This document shows positions 27,456 through 36,357 of a DNA stretch of 64,000 nucleotides, piece by piece. Location: the IMG/VR virus record IMGVR_UViG_3300042549_007727; one strand, 5' to 3'. Below the pieces are notes generated by a model. It ran no database searches. It had not been told where the DNA came from and saw only the letters and a list, made by a program, of their open reading frames with translations. The translations under genes and the position numbers were made by a program. The stretch comes from a virus. Positions within the stretch are counted from its first letter, which is position 1, and each line of letters opens with the position of its first letter.

Positions 27456-27918
27456 TTCTCAAGAGTGGCACGAAGATGCTGAATGTGCTAAACCAAAAAA
27501 TGCTGAATTTATAAATAATTTTTTTGCAAATAAACCTGCTCAACAACACCAAGCAAAAAAACTTTGTAGTATCTGTCCAGTTAAAAAAGAGTGCGCCCAA
27601 TGGGCTTTAAATGAAAAGCAGCTATGGGGTATCTGGGGTGGACTAAGCCCCGAGCAAATTAGACGAACTCTTTCTGTAAACTGGGAGGGTCAGGAGATGC
27701 GCCACAAACGTTTCCCACTCTGCCCAGGATGTAAAGCAAAAACTATGCACTTAGAGAGCTCTACTATTGATAGACCAGACGGTGGTCGCTGGTCCACAAT
27801 GAGAATTGTGACCTGTACTCAATGCAAATTTACTTGGCAGAGTAGAACAAGCGCCAACGCGGTTGACGCCTACTTTGCATTAGAAGCTAAGAAGCAACAG
27901 CAGCGAGATAATAAGTAA
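27448..27918 (+). CDS. whiB: WhiB-family Fe-S transcription regulator with C-terminal zinc ribbon
   Basis: W...AEC...FF...AKKLCSICPVKKECAQWAL...GIWGG, then CPGC...CTQC. TTG 27448 follows GAGGT. Confidence 0.9.
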   Translation: MFDSQEWHEDAECAKPKNAEFINNFFANKPAQQHQAKKLCSICPVKKECAQWALNEKQLWGIWGGLSPEQIRRTLSVNWEGQEMRHKRFPLCPGCKAKTMHLESSTIDRPDGGRWSTMRIVTCTQCKFTWQSRTSANAVDAYFALEAKKQQQRDNK

Positions 27919-28954
27919 GATTATTAGCTAAGCGCTGCTCAGACGGTGAAAGACTTACAGCTATTTTTCCATACTCCAGAGCCAGTTCGTATTTTTTAAG
28001 ATTGTATGCGGCTAGTGCTGCTAAATCATATGGATTAGAGTTCCATGCAAATTCCTCGCATAGATAGTCCAAGGGCTTTTCTTTTATGCTTAGAGCTTGC
28101 TCTGCCGCCAGCAAGGACTGCTCCCAATTGGCAGAGTCATGGAATACCTGAGCCAGCTCAACTAGAGCTTCGCGCCTGCCTGGGGCCTGAGCTATTGCCT
28201 TATCTAACCATTCGACAGCATTCTTTCGGTCTATCTTGGCGATATATCTCATGGAGGCCGCTCTTTCAGGTGGCCAGGTGGCCCTAGGCAGCTCTAAATG
28301 CCTCTTAAACTCGCTCAGCGCCTCATTGAAGCGTCCGTAAAAAAAGAGCTCTCTGGCATAGTAGAAGGCATTTCTGTCGTCTTCAGGGCCCTCCTGGACC
28401 GCCTGAGCCAGTAGTGGGAGGTATTGGGATCTAGGCTTAGAATCGTCTGCATGGTGGTGTATCTCTAGCCCCACCCATTTTTGGACTTCTTTAGTTTCAC
28501 CGTATGCAATCAAAACTTCGTGGACTGGGTGCTTCCACATATAGCCAAATCTAGAGTGAATTTTGTCTCCACCGTATTGCAATCCGGGGATTGTTCTTTC
28601 TGCATCTTTCCAGTTCCAGGTGTATTGATATCTAGGTCTGGTGGCTTTTTCGTCAAAAGCTTTTTGTAGCTCGTCTCTCCACCCAGGGAGTAGAACCTCG
28701 TCCATATCTAAAGCAATGCAATAATCTATATCTGCCGGTAGGGCTGCTAGTGAAGCATTTCTAGCCACGTCAAATCTCCAAGGCTTTACTGTCACATTTA
28801 CTACATTTACCCCTAAAGATTTTGCTAGCGCTACAGTCTTGTCGGTTGATCCTGTGTCTGCAATCAAAAGATAGTCTGCATCTTTGGCACTCTCAGCCCA
28901 GGGAGCAACAAACTGCTCTTCGTTTAGAGCAATAGTATAGACAGCAACTTTCAT
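27887..28954 (-). CDS. glycosyltransferase family 2 with TPR repeats
   Basis: VYTIALNEE...ADTGSTD...WRFDVARNASL...LDMDE (DxD)...HPVHE, then a helical TPR region. Confidence 0.9.
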   Translation of the reverse strand: MKVAVYTIALNEEQFVAPWAESAKDADYLLIADTGSTDKTVALAKSLGVNVVNVTVKPWRFDVARNASLAALPADIDYCIALDMDEVLLPGWRDELQKAFDEKATRPRYQYTWNWKDAERTIPGLQYGGDKIHSRFGYMWKHPVHEVLIAYGETKEVQKWVGLEIHHHADDSKPRSQYLPLLAQAVQEGPEDDRNAFYYARELFFYGRFNEALSEFKRHLELPRATWPPERAASMRYIAKIDRKNAVEWLDKAIAQAPGRREALVELAQVFHDSANWEQSLLAAEQALSIKEKPLDYLCEEFAWNSNPYDLAALAAYNLKKYELALEYGKIAVSLSPSEQRLANNLTYYLAAVAS

Positions 28955-28956
28955 AT

Positions 28957-30156
28957 TTATCTCACTGCCAAAACACTTATAAATTCTCTTGGCTCAAAGT
29001 CTCCGCCAAGAACCATAGTGAGAAGTCCTGGCTTTGACTCCATTCCAGCACGATCACGGAACCATTCGCTTCCGGGGTCTGTGGTTGGAGCCTGAACCCA
29101 AAGACGAGTACCAATGTCCATAGTTCTGAAGTTGTGGAAGTGTCCTGACACCCAGACGTCTGCCAAACCAAGAGCAGTCTGTCCTGCTGCCTGCTGTGAG
29201 ATGTAGCGTAGTGTGTTGTTCTGTCCAGCCTGGTGTCCGTGGAACAGTCCAAGCATAGTTCCTTTAATATCTACAGTTAGTGTCTGATGCCCAACTGATG
29301 GATATCTAAACTCTATGTGCTGTAGTGCAGGATTTTCTGCGCAAATGTCTTGAACTGCAGATGCAATCTCTACGTTCCATCCATCTGATGGATCTGTCAC
29401 AACTTGTCTGGTTGCCTCGTCGTGGTTTCCATTTATGACTGGAACAATCATGTGCTCTGCTAGAGGTGCCAAAGCTTTAATCTGAGCTAGAAGTAGTCTC
29501 CTAGCAACTCGTACCTGCTCGGTTATTCCGAGGTCGGAGGCTGCTTGTCCTTGGAGTCTTCCGTTTTGGCTGGTAATTCCCTCCACGTGATCACCCGGTA
29601 ACGCCAGACAAATTGTTCCAAGAGAAAGGCCCATCTTTTTATAAGCTTCAAATCTATGCACCGCCGATTCTGTTAGTTGGAGAATTCGACCTATCGATTG
29701 AGCCGTACCCTCGCCGTTTGCTTTCTTACCTATTTGTTGATCGCTTGGGACTACTGTGAACGCGCCGTTTCCAGTTGATGTTTTTACACCTTTTGCTGGA
29801 CGCCACTTTTTCATTTCATCTAAAAGCTGCTCTACATCTAAAGAGTCTAAACCAACTGAGGATGATGGTATTAGGTTGACTCGTATTGACTCTAAATATT
29901 CACCGTCAAACTTTTGCCACTTGCCTCTACGAAGAGAAGATACCGCCCACTCTGCCGGATCTAAACCAAAATCTTTTATAACTTCATTTGCATCGAAGTT
30001 AGAGCCTTCTGCACGAGGCGATGAAATTAGATAGCCACCCTTGCCGCTATCTATGTCCATTCTTGGACGCCAGTCTTCGGGGACTCCGAGCTTCTTATAG
30101 TCAGACCCTGAGGTCCCAGGATTACGTAGCTCTTCTAATTTGTCAGCTAAGCTCAA
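28957..30156 (-). CDS. calcineurin-like metallophosphoesterase
   Basis: SDQQIG, GDHVEG, GNHDE, FHGH and GHFH motifs. Start reassigned to TTG 30156 (TTGA overlap, AGGA upstream). Confidence 0.85.
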   Translation of the reverse strand: MSLADKLEELRNPGTSGSDYKKLGVPEDWRPRMDIDSGKGGYLISSPRAEGSNFDANEVIKDFGLDPAEWAVSSLRRGKWQKFDGEYLESIRVNLIPSSSVGLDSLDVEQLLDEMKKWRPAKGVKTSTGNGAFTVVPSDQQIGKKANGEGTAQSIGRILQLTESAVHRFEAYKKMGLSLGTICLALPGDHVEGITSQNGRLQGQAASDLGITEQVRVARRLLLAQIKALAPLAEHMIVPVINGNHDEATRQVVTDPSDGWNVEIASAVQDICAENPALQHIEFRYPSVGHQTLTVDIKGTMLGLFHGHQAGQNNTLRYISQQAAGQTALGLADVWVSGHFHNFRTMDIGTRLWVQAPTTDPGSEWFRDRAGMESKPGLLTMVLGGDFEPREFISVLAVR

Positions 30157-30434
30157 CTTATTTTTCCTAATCGTCGGCAAGAGCAGTTGCCCCCGCGATG
30201 TCTACTTATGGCACTTGCACTTACGTCATAGCCTTCACTCCTCAGGAGGTCAGCTAGTGTTTGATGGGGAATATATCTATGGTCTTCGCGATTAGTGAGA
30301 TTAATTACTTCAGCTAGGGCGTCTCTATCTTTTTTAGATAGCCCCTGATCAGAGGTAATAGAGGCGAACTTACAAGTAGTGAGGTCGCTTATATACTTCT
30401 GAGAGGCGGTAGCTAGCTTGTCTGCTAATGGCAT
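30153..30434 (-). CDS. small hypothetical protein (possible HTH with C-terminal H/C cluster)
   Basis: LADLLRSEGYDVSASAISRHRGGNCSC; coupled to the phosphoesterase. Confidence 0.6.
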   Translation of the reverse strand: MPLADKLATASQKYISDLTTCKFASITSDQGLSKKDRDALAEVINLTNREDHRYIPHQTLADLLRSEGYDVSASAISRHRGGNCSCRRLGKIS

Positions 30435-30485
30435 AATTTCTCCTAGGGTTAAACCTTAGGTTTATGCTACTACATGTTTTGTAGT

Positions 30486-30866
30486 TTAGCTAGCCTTTTT
30501 AGACTTAGACACGCGCTTTTTTAAAAGCGGTTTTTCGGCTGCAGGGAGTAGGTTTTCTGGGACAGAGTTTGGGACCGAAGAGTTACTGATCCCTAGAGTT
30601 AAATTTTTAATGAAGTCAATCTCTGTAGACACCTTGATTACGTGCTTTTCAATATTATTAACACGATCTGCTAGGGAGCTGCCGCCGTTTTCCCATAGCT
30701 GATGCTCAACTTTATCTAGTCTATCTGATATAGTTCTACCGTTCTTGTCTACACCGATAGCGGCGTCTATTCGCTTAGCAAGTTTATATGATGAAAAGAC
30801 TGCACCAAAGATTACGGTTAAAGCACCAAAAATGCTTGCAATTGTTATAATGATGTCTGTAGCCAT
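30486..30866 (-). CDS. single-pass membrane protein
   Basis: N-terminal hydrophobic helix, NGGSSLADRV coiled-coil motif and basic tail. A lysis accessory role is possible. Confidence 0.6.
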   Translation of the reverse strand: MATDIIITIASIFGALTVIFGAVFSSYKLAKRIDAAIGVDKNGRTISDRLDKVEHQLWENGGSSLADRVNNIEKHVIKVSTEIDFIKNLTLGISNSSVPNSVPENLLPAAEKPLLKKRVSKSKKAS

Positions 30867-30988
30867 AGACTATGCTAGATTCCTATAAAGTTGAGCTTAA
30901 TTATTAACTAGTTTACCCTAATATGATTGATGCTATTTAAATACCTGTGTCTACCAATAAATTAGTGGCAAATTATTCGTTTCTTGGT

Positions 30989-31016
30989 TTGCATTCAAGA
31001 CTATTCTGTGTATGAT
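30989..31016 (+). promoter_or_regulatory. putative promoter for primase in AT-rich divergent intergenic region
   Basis: TTGCAT-16 nt-TATGAT. Confidence 0.45.
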
Positions 31017-31056
31017 GTTCTTACTGGTGTTCTTAATGACGTAAAGGTTTAAATAA

Positions 31057-33735
31057 ATGGAAGAAGTAGATTCCGCTACTGGAAGGCTAAAAAATGGAGC
31101 CTTATGGTACGCCAATAATGGCTGGAAAATACTTCCTGTACATGGAATTGTAGATGGCAAATGTACTTGCGGACGCCCTCATTCTGAACCCAAAGATATT
31201 GGTAAACACCCAGCTATAAATGCGTGGGACACCAAAGCTACCTCAGATCAAAATGAAATTAGTTCTTGGTGGGAAACTAATCCTGAGTACAATATCGGAG
31301 TTTTTGCCAGAGAGTCTGGCTTCCTAGTAATTGACATCGACCCACGAAACGGTGGAGACGAGTCATTCTTAAAACTTGAAGCACTGGCATCTGGTGCGCT
31401 ACCAAAAACTGTAGAAGCTGTCACCGGTGTATACAACGTAAACGGAAAATCAGTAAGAGGTAGGCACTTAATCTACAAGTGCAAGCCAGGTGAAAAGTTT
31501 ATCGGCAACTTTAAAAAAGCTGGACTTGACGGTATAGATGTAAAGTACAACGGATACATTCTTATAGCCCCATCTAGACATTTTTCTGGTGTCAACTACT
31601 ACTGGAAAGAGGGGCACGCTCCTTGGCAAATTGGAGAACCTGCTGAAGCACCAGAAGAACTACTTGCCGTTATTAGGGCTTCGAGTCCAAGTAGCAGCTA
31701 CACGGGTGGATCTAGTAGATATAAAGATGGCAACTGGGGGGCTTTTAAAGATCTAGAGTATGACGGCTCTAAGGTCGACATTGAAAAAATTCTTGGTGAG
31801 GGTCTTGTCGAAGGTGAACGCGCTGTTGAGATTTACAAACTAGCCTGTGCGCTAGCAAACAAAATGGGCACTGACTCGATCTCAAGGAGCGCTATCGAGT
31901 CAATGATGATTCGATTCAATGCAGAAAAAGTAAAGCCACCTATGGAGTTAGAGGGACCTAACTCGCTGCTTATGCACGTTAATAGAGCAATGGATTTTGT
32001 TGCCGGAAACCCTAAAGTAAATCTTAAGTGGGAAGGGATTTCTGATTGGGCAGCTACTAAAGGAGCCGACTGGGCGAGCAAAGCTCAGGAAGCTGCCACG
32101 AATAAGAGAAAAGAAAAACTAGTTGAAGAATCAGCTAGAGCAATTGAGACGTTTGTTGGATCTACTAGTTATGAGGAAGCTCCTCCTGTAGAGGAGTCCG
32201 TGTTTATTGGAGATCGTGTAGCTAGTCTGGTTAAAAAGGGTATGTCTGTGACAGACGCTATTGGTGGCGGAAACTCCGGATTACCTCAAGACCAAGACGC
32301 GGTTGATGCTGAAGATGGTGGTGTTCTCGGGGACCGAAGCTTCACTGATGTTGGAAACAGTCGAAGACTGATTGATACTTTTGGTTCTGCTATTAGATAT
32401 ACTCCTGGTTTAGGTTGGTTTTTTTGGGATGGTAATTATTGGAAACCAGACTTAGAAAACCTAGAGCTACAAGAGCTAGCTAAAAAAGTTGCACCAGTAA
32501 TCGCCGGTGAGATTAGCAATGTGGATTTAAATAGCACAAAAGCAAACGAGATTATTAACTGGGCAAAGCAAGCAAAGTCAAGCACCCGTATGACTAGCAT
32601 GATAAAAAATGCTGTATCTGATAAACGAATCGGGGTCCCTATTGAGCATTGGGACGGCGATGTTAATTTGCTTGGTGTAATGAATGGTGTAGTTAACTTA
32701 AAAACAGGAGAACTTCTATACGGTAGGCCTGATTTGTATATCACTAGAAGAGCTCCAGTTGCATATACTCCAGGATTAAAAAACGTTAAGTTTGAGCAAT
32801 TTTTAGATTTTGCAACTAATGGCGATAAAGAGTTCCAAGAGTGGTTACAGAGAGCTGTTGGCTATACCCTCACGGGAAATAACAATCAGGACGTTATGTT
32901 TTTGGTTTACGGCCCTCCTGGATCGGGTAAAACAACGTTTGTTGAAACTATTTTTAATGCTTTAGGCTCTAAACAATATTCTTGGACTCTAGATTCTTCG
33001 GTACTTGCTGCTGGAGACGGTCAGGCAAATAGGACAGATGAGTATCACATGGCAGAGCTTAGAGGCCGCCGTATGATATGGGTCGATGAACTTCCAGAAT
33101 CAGAGCGTCTCAAAGAAAACCAAGTCAAGAAGATGACTGGTTCTGGAACACTTTCGGGTCGATCTCCTGGAGAGCGCCCATTCACATTTACGTCCCAAGG
33201 AAAGCTTTGGGTTACCACAAACCACAGGCCCATTATTACGGACGATGCAATGTGGCGTCGTTTAAGGCCAATTCCACTTACAAACATTCCTGAAAATCCT
33301 GATAAAGACTTGCGCCCGTATCTATCTGATCCTGAAGGTGGCCTACCAGCAGTTCTTTCTTGGGCTGTAGATGGAGCAATCAAATACCTAAACTCTTCCG
33401 CGAAAGACGCCTTGGGTTGGTGCACCATAGTACGCGAAGCAGCTGATGTATATAGGAAGAATGAAGACAGAATTGGCTTGTTTTTTGAGGAAGAAACTCA
33501 GCAGGCTAAAGACATATCTGTCACTATAGCTTCTTTATATGGACTATATAGAAAATGGAGTGATACTCGCGGTGAGCGTGCAATGACTCAGATAGCATTC
33601 CAACGTAAACTAAGCGACAGGGCTATGAATATTGTTGGTCAAGGATCTAAAGCAGTTCTACATGGCTATGCCATACTACCTAGGGCTGTACCGAATTGGA
33701 CCGATTCGGTTGCTGCTTCTCAAATAATGCTTTAA
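31057..33735 (+). CDS. bifunctional primase-polymerase fused to D5/SF3 helicase (P4-type primase)
   Basis: GKHP...NIG...LVIDIDPRNGG...GRHLIY...GYILIAPSRH (Prim-Pol), D5_N-like NGVVNLKTG, GPPGSGKTT, and RRLRPIP. Confidence 0.92.
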   Translation: MEEVDSATGRLKNGALWYANNGWKILPVHGIVDGKCTCGRPHSEPKDIGKHPAINAWDTKATSDQNEISSWWETNPEYNIGVFARESGFLVIDIDPRNGGDESFLKLEALASGALPKTVEAVTGVYNVNGKSVRGRHLIYKCKPGEKFIGNFKKAGLDGIDVKYNGYILIAPSRHFSGVNYYWKEGHAPWQIGEPAEAPEELLAVIRASSPSSSYTGGSSRYKDGNWGAFKDLEYDGSKVDIEKILGEGLVEGERAVEIYKLACALANKMGTDSISRSAIESMMIRFNAEKVKPPMELEGPNSLLMHVNRAMDFVAGNPKVNLKWEGISDWAATKGADWASKAQEAATNKRKEKLVEESARAIETFVGSTSYEEAPPVEESVFIGDRVASLVKKGMSVTDAIGGGNSGLPQDQDAVDAEDGGVLGDRSFTDVGNSRRLIDTFGSAIRYTPGLGWFFWDGNYWKPDLENLELQELAKKVAPVIAGEISNVDLNSTKANEIINWAKQAKSSTRMTSMIKNAVSDKRIGVPIEHWDGDVNLLGVMNGVVNLKTGELLYGRPDLYITRRAPVAYTPGLKNVKFEQFLDFATNGDKEFQEWLQRAVGYTLTGNNNQDVMFLVYGPPGSGKTTFVETIFNALGSKQYSWTLDSSVLAAGDGQANRTDEYHMAELRGRRMIWVDELPESERLKENQVKKMTGSGTLSGRSPGERPFTFTSQGKLWVTTNHRPIITDDAMWRRLRPIPLTNIPENPDKDLRPYLSDPEGGLPAVLSWAVDGAIKYLNSSAKDALGWCTIVREAADVYRKNEDRIGLFFEEETQQAKDISVTIASLYGLYRKWSDTRGERAMTQIAFQRKLSDRAMNIVGQGSKAVLHGYAILPRAVPNWTDSVAASQIML

Positions 33736-33738
33736 ATT

Positions 33739-35325
33739 TTAACCAGTCGGATCAGCCCAAAGCGAGCCGTTCCAAATCTTTACAGGAGCCTCTTCCCAGG
33801 TAGCACCGTTCCAAACTTTAAAAACACTTGGAACCCAAGCGGTGCCGTTCCAGACAGATCCTCCAGCTGATGGCTCTACTAGTATAGTTAAAAGCCCTGT
33901 AGTTATGGTTTCCGCGGTAGGCGTTGAAGCATTACTAGCTACAACTTTAAAGCTGTATGTCCCAGCAGCGGTCGGAGTTCCAGTAATTGCTCCGGTACCT
34001 GTATTGAGTGCAAGTCCTAGAGGTAGCGTTCCTACATTCTCGAGCGCATAGCTAGCTGCGTTAGATGCAGATACCCCGTCTGTGTAAGGTTGACCTACTC
34101 TCACTGTTGTAGTGGTTAGTATTTCATCTGACCACACTGCTAGTCGTGCTAATGGAGCTAGAGTAAAACTTTTTTCTATGGTCTCGTTGTCTGCGTTTTT
34201 TCCAGTTATAGTAAAAGAAAAACTTGAAGTAGACGTTACAGTACCTGTTATGGCTCCAGTGTTTGCATTAAGTGATAGTCCGGTGCCTGCGAGACCTACC
34301 GCTGAATAAGCATTAGTGGCAGCTGCATTTGTTGCGGTTACCTGGTCACTATACGCAACATCAACCCTAGGTCGTCCAAGTGTATCGTCTGACCAAACAG
34401 GTAGTGGTTGACGTCTATTTAAAGTAAAAGTTTCTGATGCTTTTGCTACTCCAGCCGAGTTAAAGGCATTTACAGTAAAATTAAATGTCTGCGATGCACC
34501 AGCGGTAGGTGTGCCTGCAATAACTCCAGTGCTTGTATTAAGAGTTAGTCCTGCTGGCAATACAGTGGATCCACCAACTAGTGCATACGGATTAGTTGTT
34601 CTAATTCCAGTTGCAGTAACTGTTTTAGTGTAGGCAGTTCCAACTCTTACATCTTCTGTAAAAGAAGTGGTTGACCAAACCGCTAGCGGCGGGTTTACGG
34701 TAATGCTAAATGTTCTATCAGCTATAGCACCGTTGTTGTTTGCCCTAAAGGTAAAACTAGCTGTGCCAGTTGTTGTAGGGGTCCCCGAGATGGTGTTATT
34801 AGTGACATCAAACCCGCCAGTTGCGCCGCTAACCCCTGTGAGGCTATAGCTAGTAACTGGATCTGCAGTTACAGTAGCTGAATACTCATTTCCGACTGTA
34901 GCAGCTGATAGCGTTGTCCCAGTCTGCCATACCGGAGTGACAACCGGAGGCGGCGGCGGTGCGTTAGTATAGGTTCCAGACCCGCTGGCACTTCCTATAG
35001 TACCGGCATTAGTAACACTGCCACTAGTTGCAACAGAGCTAGCTGAAGTGCTTAATGTGCCGGACCTGATTGTTAGAGTTGTCTGAGTGTTACCTCTAAA
35101 ATCAAAATTAAAAAGTACGTTAGTTGCTATAGTAGTTCCACCAATAGATAGGTTGTATCTACCGGACCCATACGAGCTTGCTAGGTTATTACTTAAAGGA
35201 TTAAGTTCAAGGGCATAAGTAAGTGTTCCCGGGGTTGTTCCAGATACGTCAAGCCTGAGCCTAAACTGTCTTCGAACAGGGCTTAATGAGTTTCCGCTAA
35301 AATTTGATGCCCAAACAATTGCCAC
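33739..35325 (-). CDS. virion protein with tandem putative Ig-like domains
   Basis: Four repeats of the type VG..Y...V.A...LP.GL.LN..TG.I.GTPT..G...F, a PPPPP linker, and three C-terminal VWNG..W repeats. Confidence 0.75.
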   Translation of the reverse strand: MAIVWASNFSGNSLSPVRRQFRLRLDVSGTTPGTLTYALELNPLSNNLASSYGSGRYNLSIGGTTIATNVLFNFDFRGNTQTTLTIRSGTLSTSASSVATSGSVTNAGTIGSASGSGTYTNAPPPPPVVTPVWQTGTTLSAATVGNEYSATVTADPVTSYSLTGVSGATGGFDVTNNTISGTPTTTGTASFTFRANNNGAIADRTFSITVNPPLAVWSTTSFTEDVRVGTAYTKTVTATGIRTTNPYALVGGSTVLPAGLTLNTSTGVIAGTPTAGASQTFNFTVNAFNSAGVAKASETFTLNRRQPLPVWSDDTLGRPRVDVAYSDQVTATNAAATNAYSAVGLAGTGLSLNANTGAITGTVTSTSSFSFTITGKNADNETIEKSFTLAPLARLAVWSDEILTTTTVRVGQPYTDGVSASNAASYALENVGTLPLGLALNTGTGAITGTPTAAGTYSFKVVASNASTPTAETITTGLLTILVEPSAGGSVWNGTAWVPSVFKVWNGATWEEAPVKIWNGSLWADPTG

Positions 35326-35355
35326 TTACGCCACCGAACCTAAGCTTTGCATAAT

Positions 35356-36354
35356 CTAGAACTCTATCCAGACATCTCCAACTTGAATGGTGCCTGTTGG
35401 CCCAGTTGGCTGTAGACCAACATAAAGTTTTCTATACTCAGCTACAAGGGAGCTTCTGTAAAAAACAAAACCAGAAGACATGCTAACAGTTTGATCTGCG
35501 TATGAAAGTGGAAGATTCGCGGCCACCAAACCAGTAGCGCCTGTAGGACCAGTTGCACCCGTAGCACCAGTAGCACCAGTAGGTCCTGTAGCACCAGTTG
35601 GGCCTGTTGGACCGGTTGATCCTTGAACTGCAGAAATAGTCACTTTAGGATTAGTAAAGCTTGCTAAGAATCCACCACTTTGATCAAAGAATATAGATAT
35701 GCTTATAAGCCCAGATGGCTCCAAAGAGATTACAGTACCGTCTGCGAATGATGCAGGGTTAGCGGCGTTTATTACTCGTATAACTGAGCCAGCGACGAAT
35801 GCGCCGATTTTGTTTAGAGTACCGACTAGGGTTCCTCCGCTATAACTGCTGATAGCTAGAGTTACGCCATCGTAGCCAACTCCCGCACTGCCGGTAGCTC
35901 CAGTAGGTCCGGTAGGTCCGGTTGGCCCTTCAATTGTAGAGTCTGCTCCTCTTTCTCCGGTAGGGCCAGTAGGGCCTGTAGGACCTTGAACTTGACCAAT
36001 GTTTTCCCAGCCCGTACCATTCCAAACATAGAGAATACCATTAACTACGTAAGTATCCCCTATTTCATCTCCAGGGGTGGGGAGTGCTCCTGTAGAACCA
36101 GTTGAGCCCAGTATTCGTATGCCAGAGCCATCTCGTCCGGGGGCTCCGGTAGGTCCGGTTGGGCCTTGAAATCCAATTGAACCAGTTGGCCCTGTTGGAC
36201 CAGGAACCTCGGAAGCAGCTCCGGCAGGCCCCTGAGGACCTACCGATACAGAACCAAATATCTCCCAAACATCACCATTCCAGGTCCAAGATCTTTCGGA
36301 CCCAATAAAAATTTGACCTACTTCGGGAGAGCCTGGAAAATCTAAAGCTGCCAT
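35356..36354 (-). CDS. collagen-like fibre protein
   Basis: N-terminal MAALDFP..P...W.W.G..W module and interrupted Gly-Pro-Thr/Gly-Ala-Thr tracts. Confidence 0.8.
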   Translation of the reverse strand: MAALDFPGSPEVGQIFIGSERSWTWNGDVWEIFGSVSVGPQGPAGAASEVPGPTGPTGSIGFQGPTGPTGAPGRDGSGIRILGSTGSTGALPTPGDEIGDTYVVNGILYVWNGTGWENIGQVQGPTGPTGPTGERGADSTIEGPTGPTGPTGATGSAGVGYDGVTLAISSYSGGTLVGTLNKIGAFVAGSVIRVINAANPASFADGTVISLEPSGLISISIFFDQSGGFLASFTNPKVTISAVQGSTGPTGPTGATGPTGATGATGATGPTGATGLVAANLPLSYADQTVSMSSGFVFYRSSLVAEYRKLYVGLQPTGPTGTIQVGDVWIEF

Positions 36355-36357
36355 GTT

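Noticed and set aside
30867-31056. Replication origin in the AT-rich gap before the primase
   Set aside because: No iterons are visible, and divergent promoters explain the AT richness.
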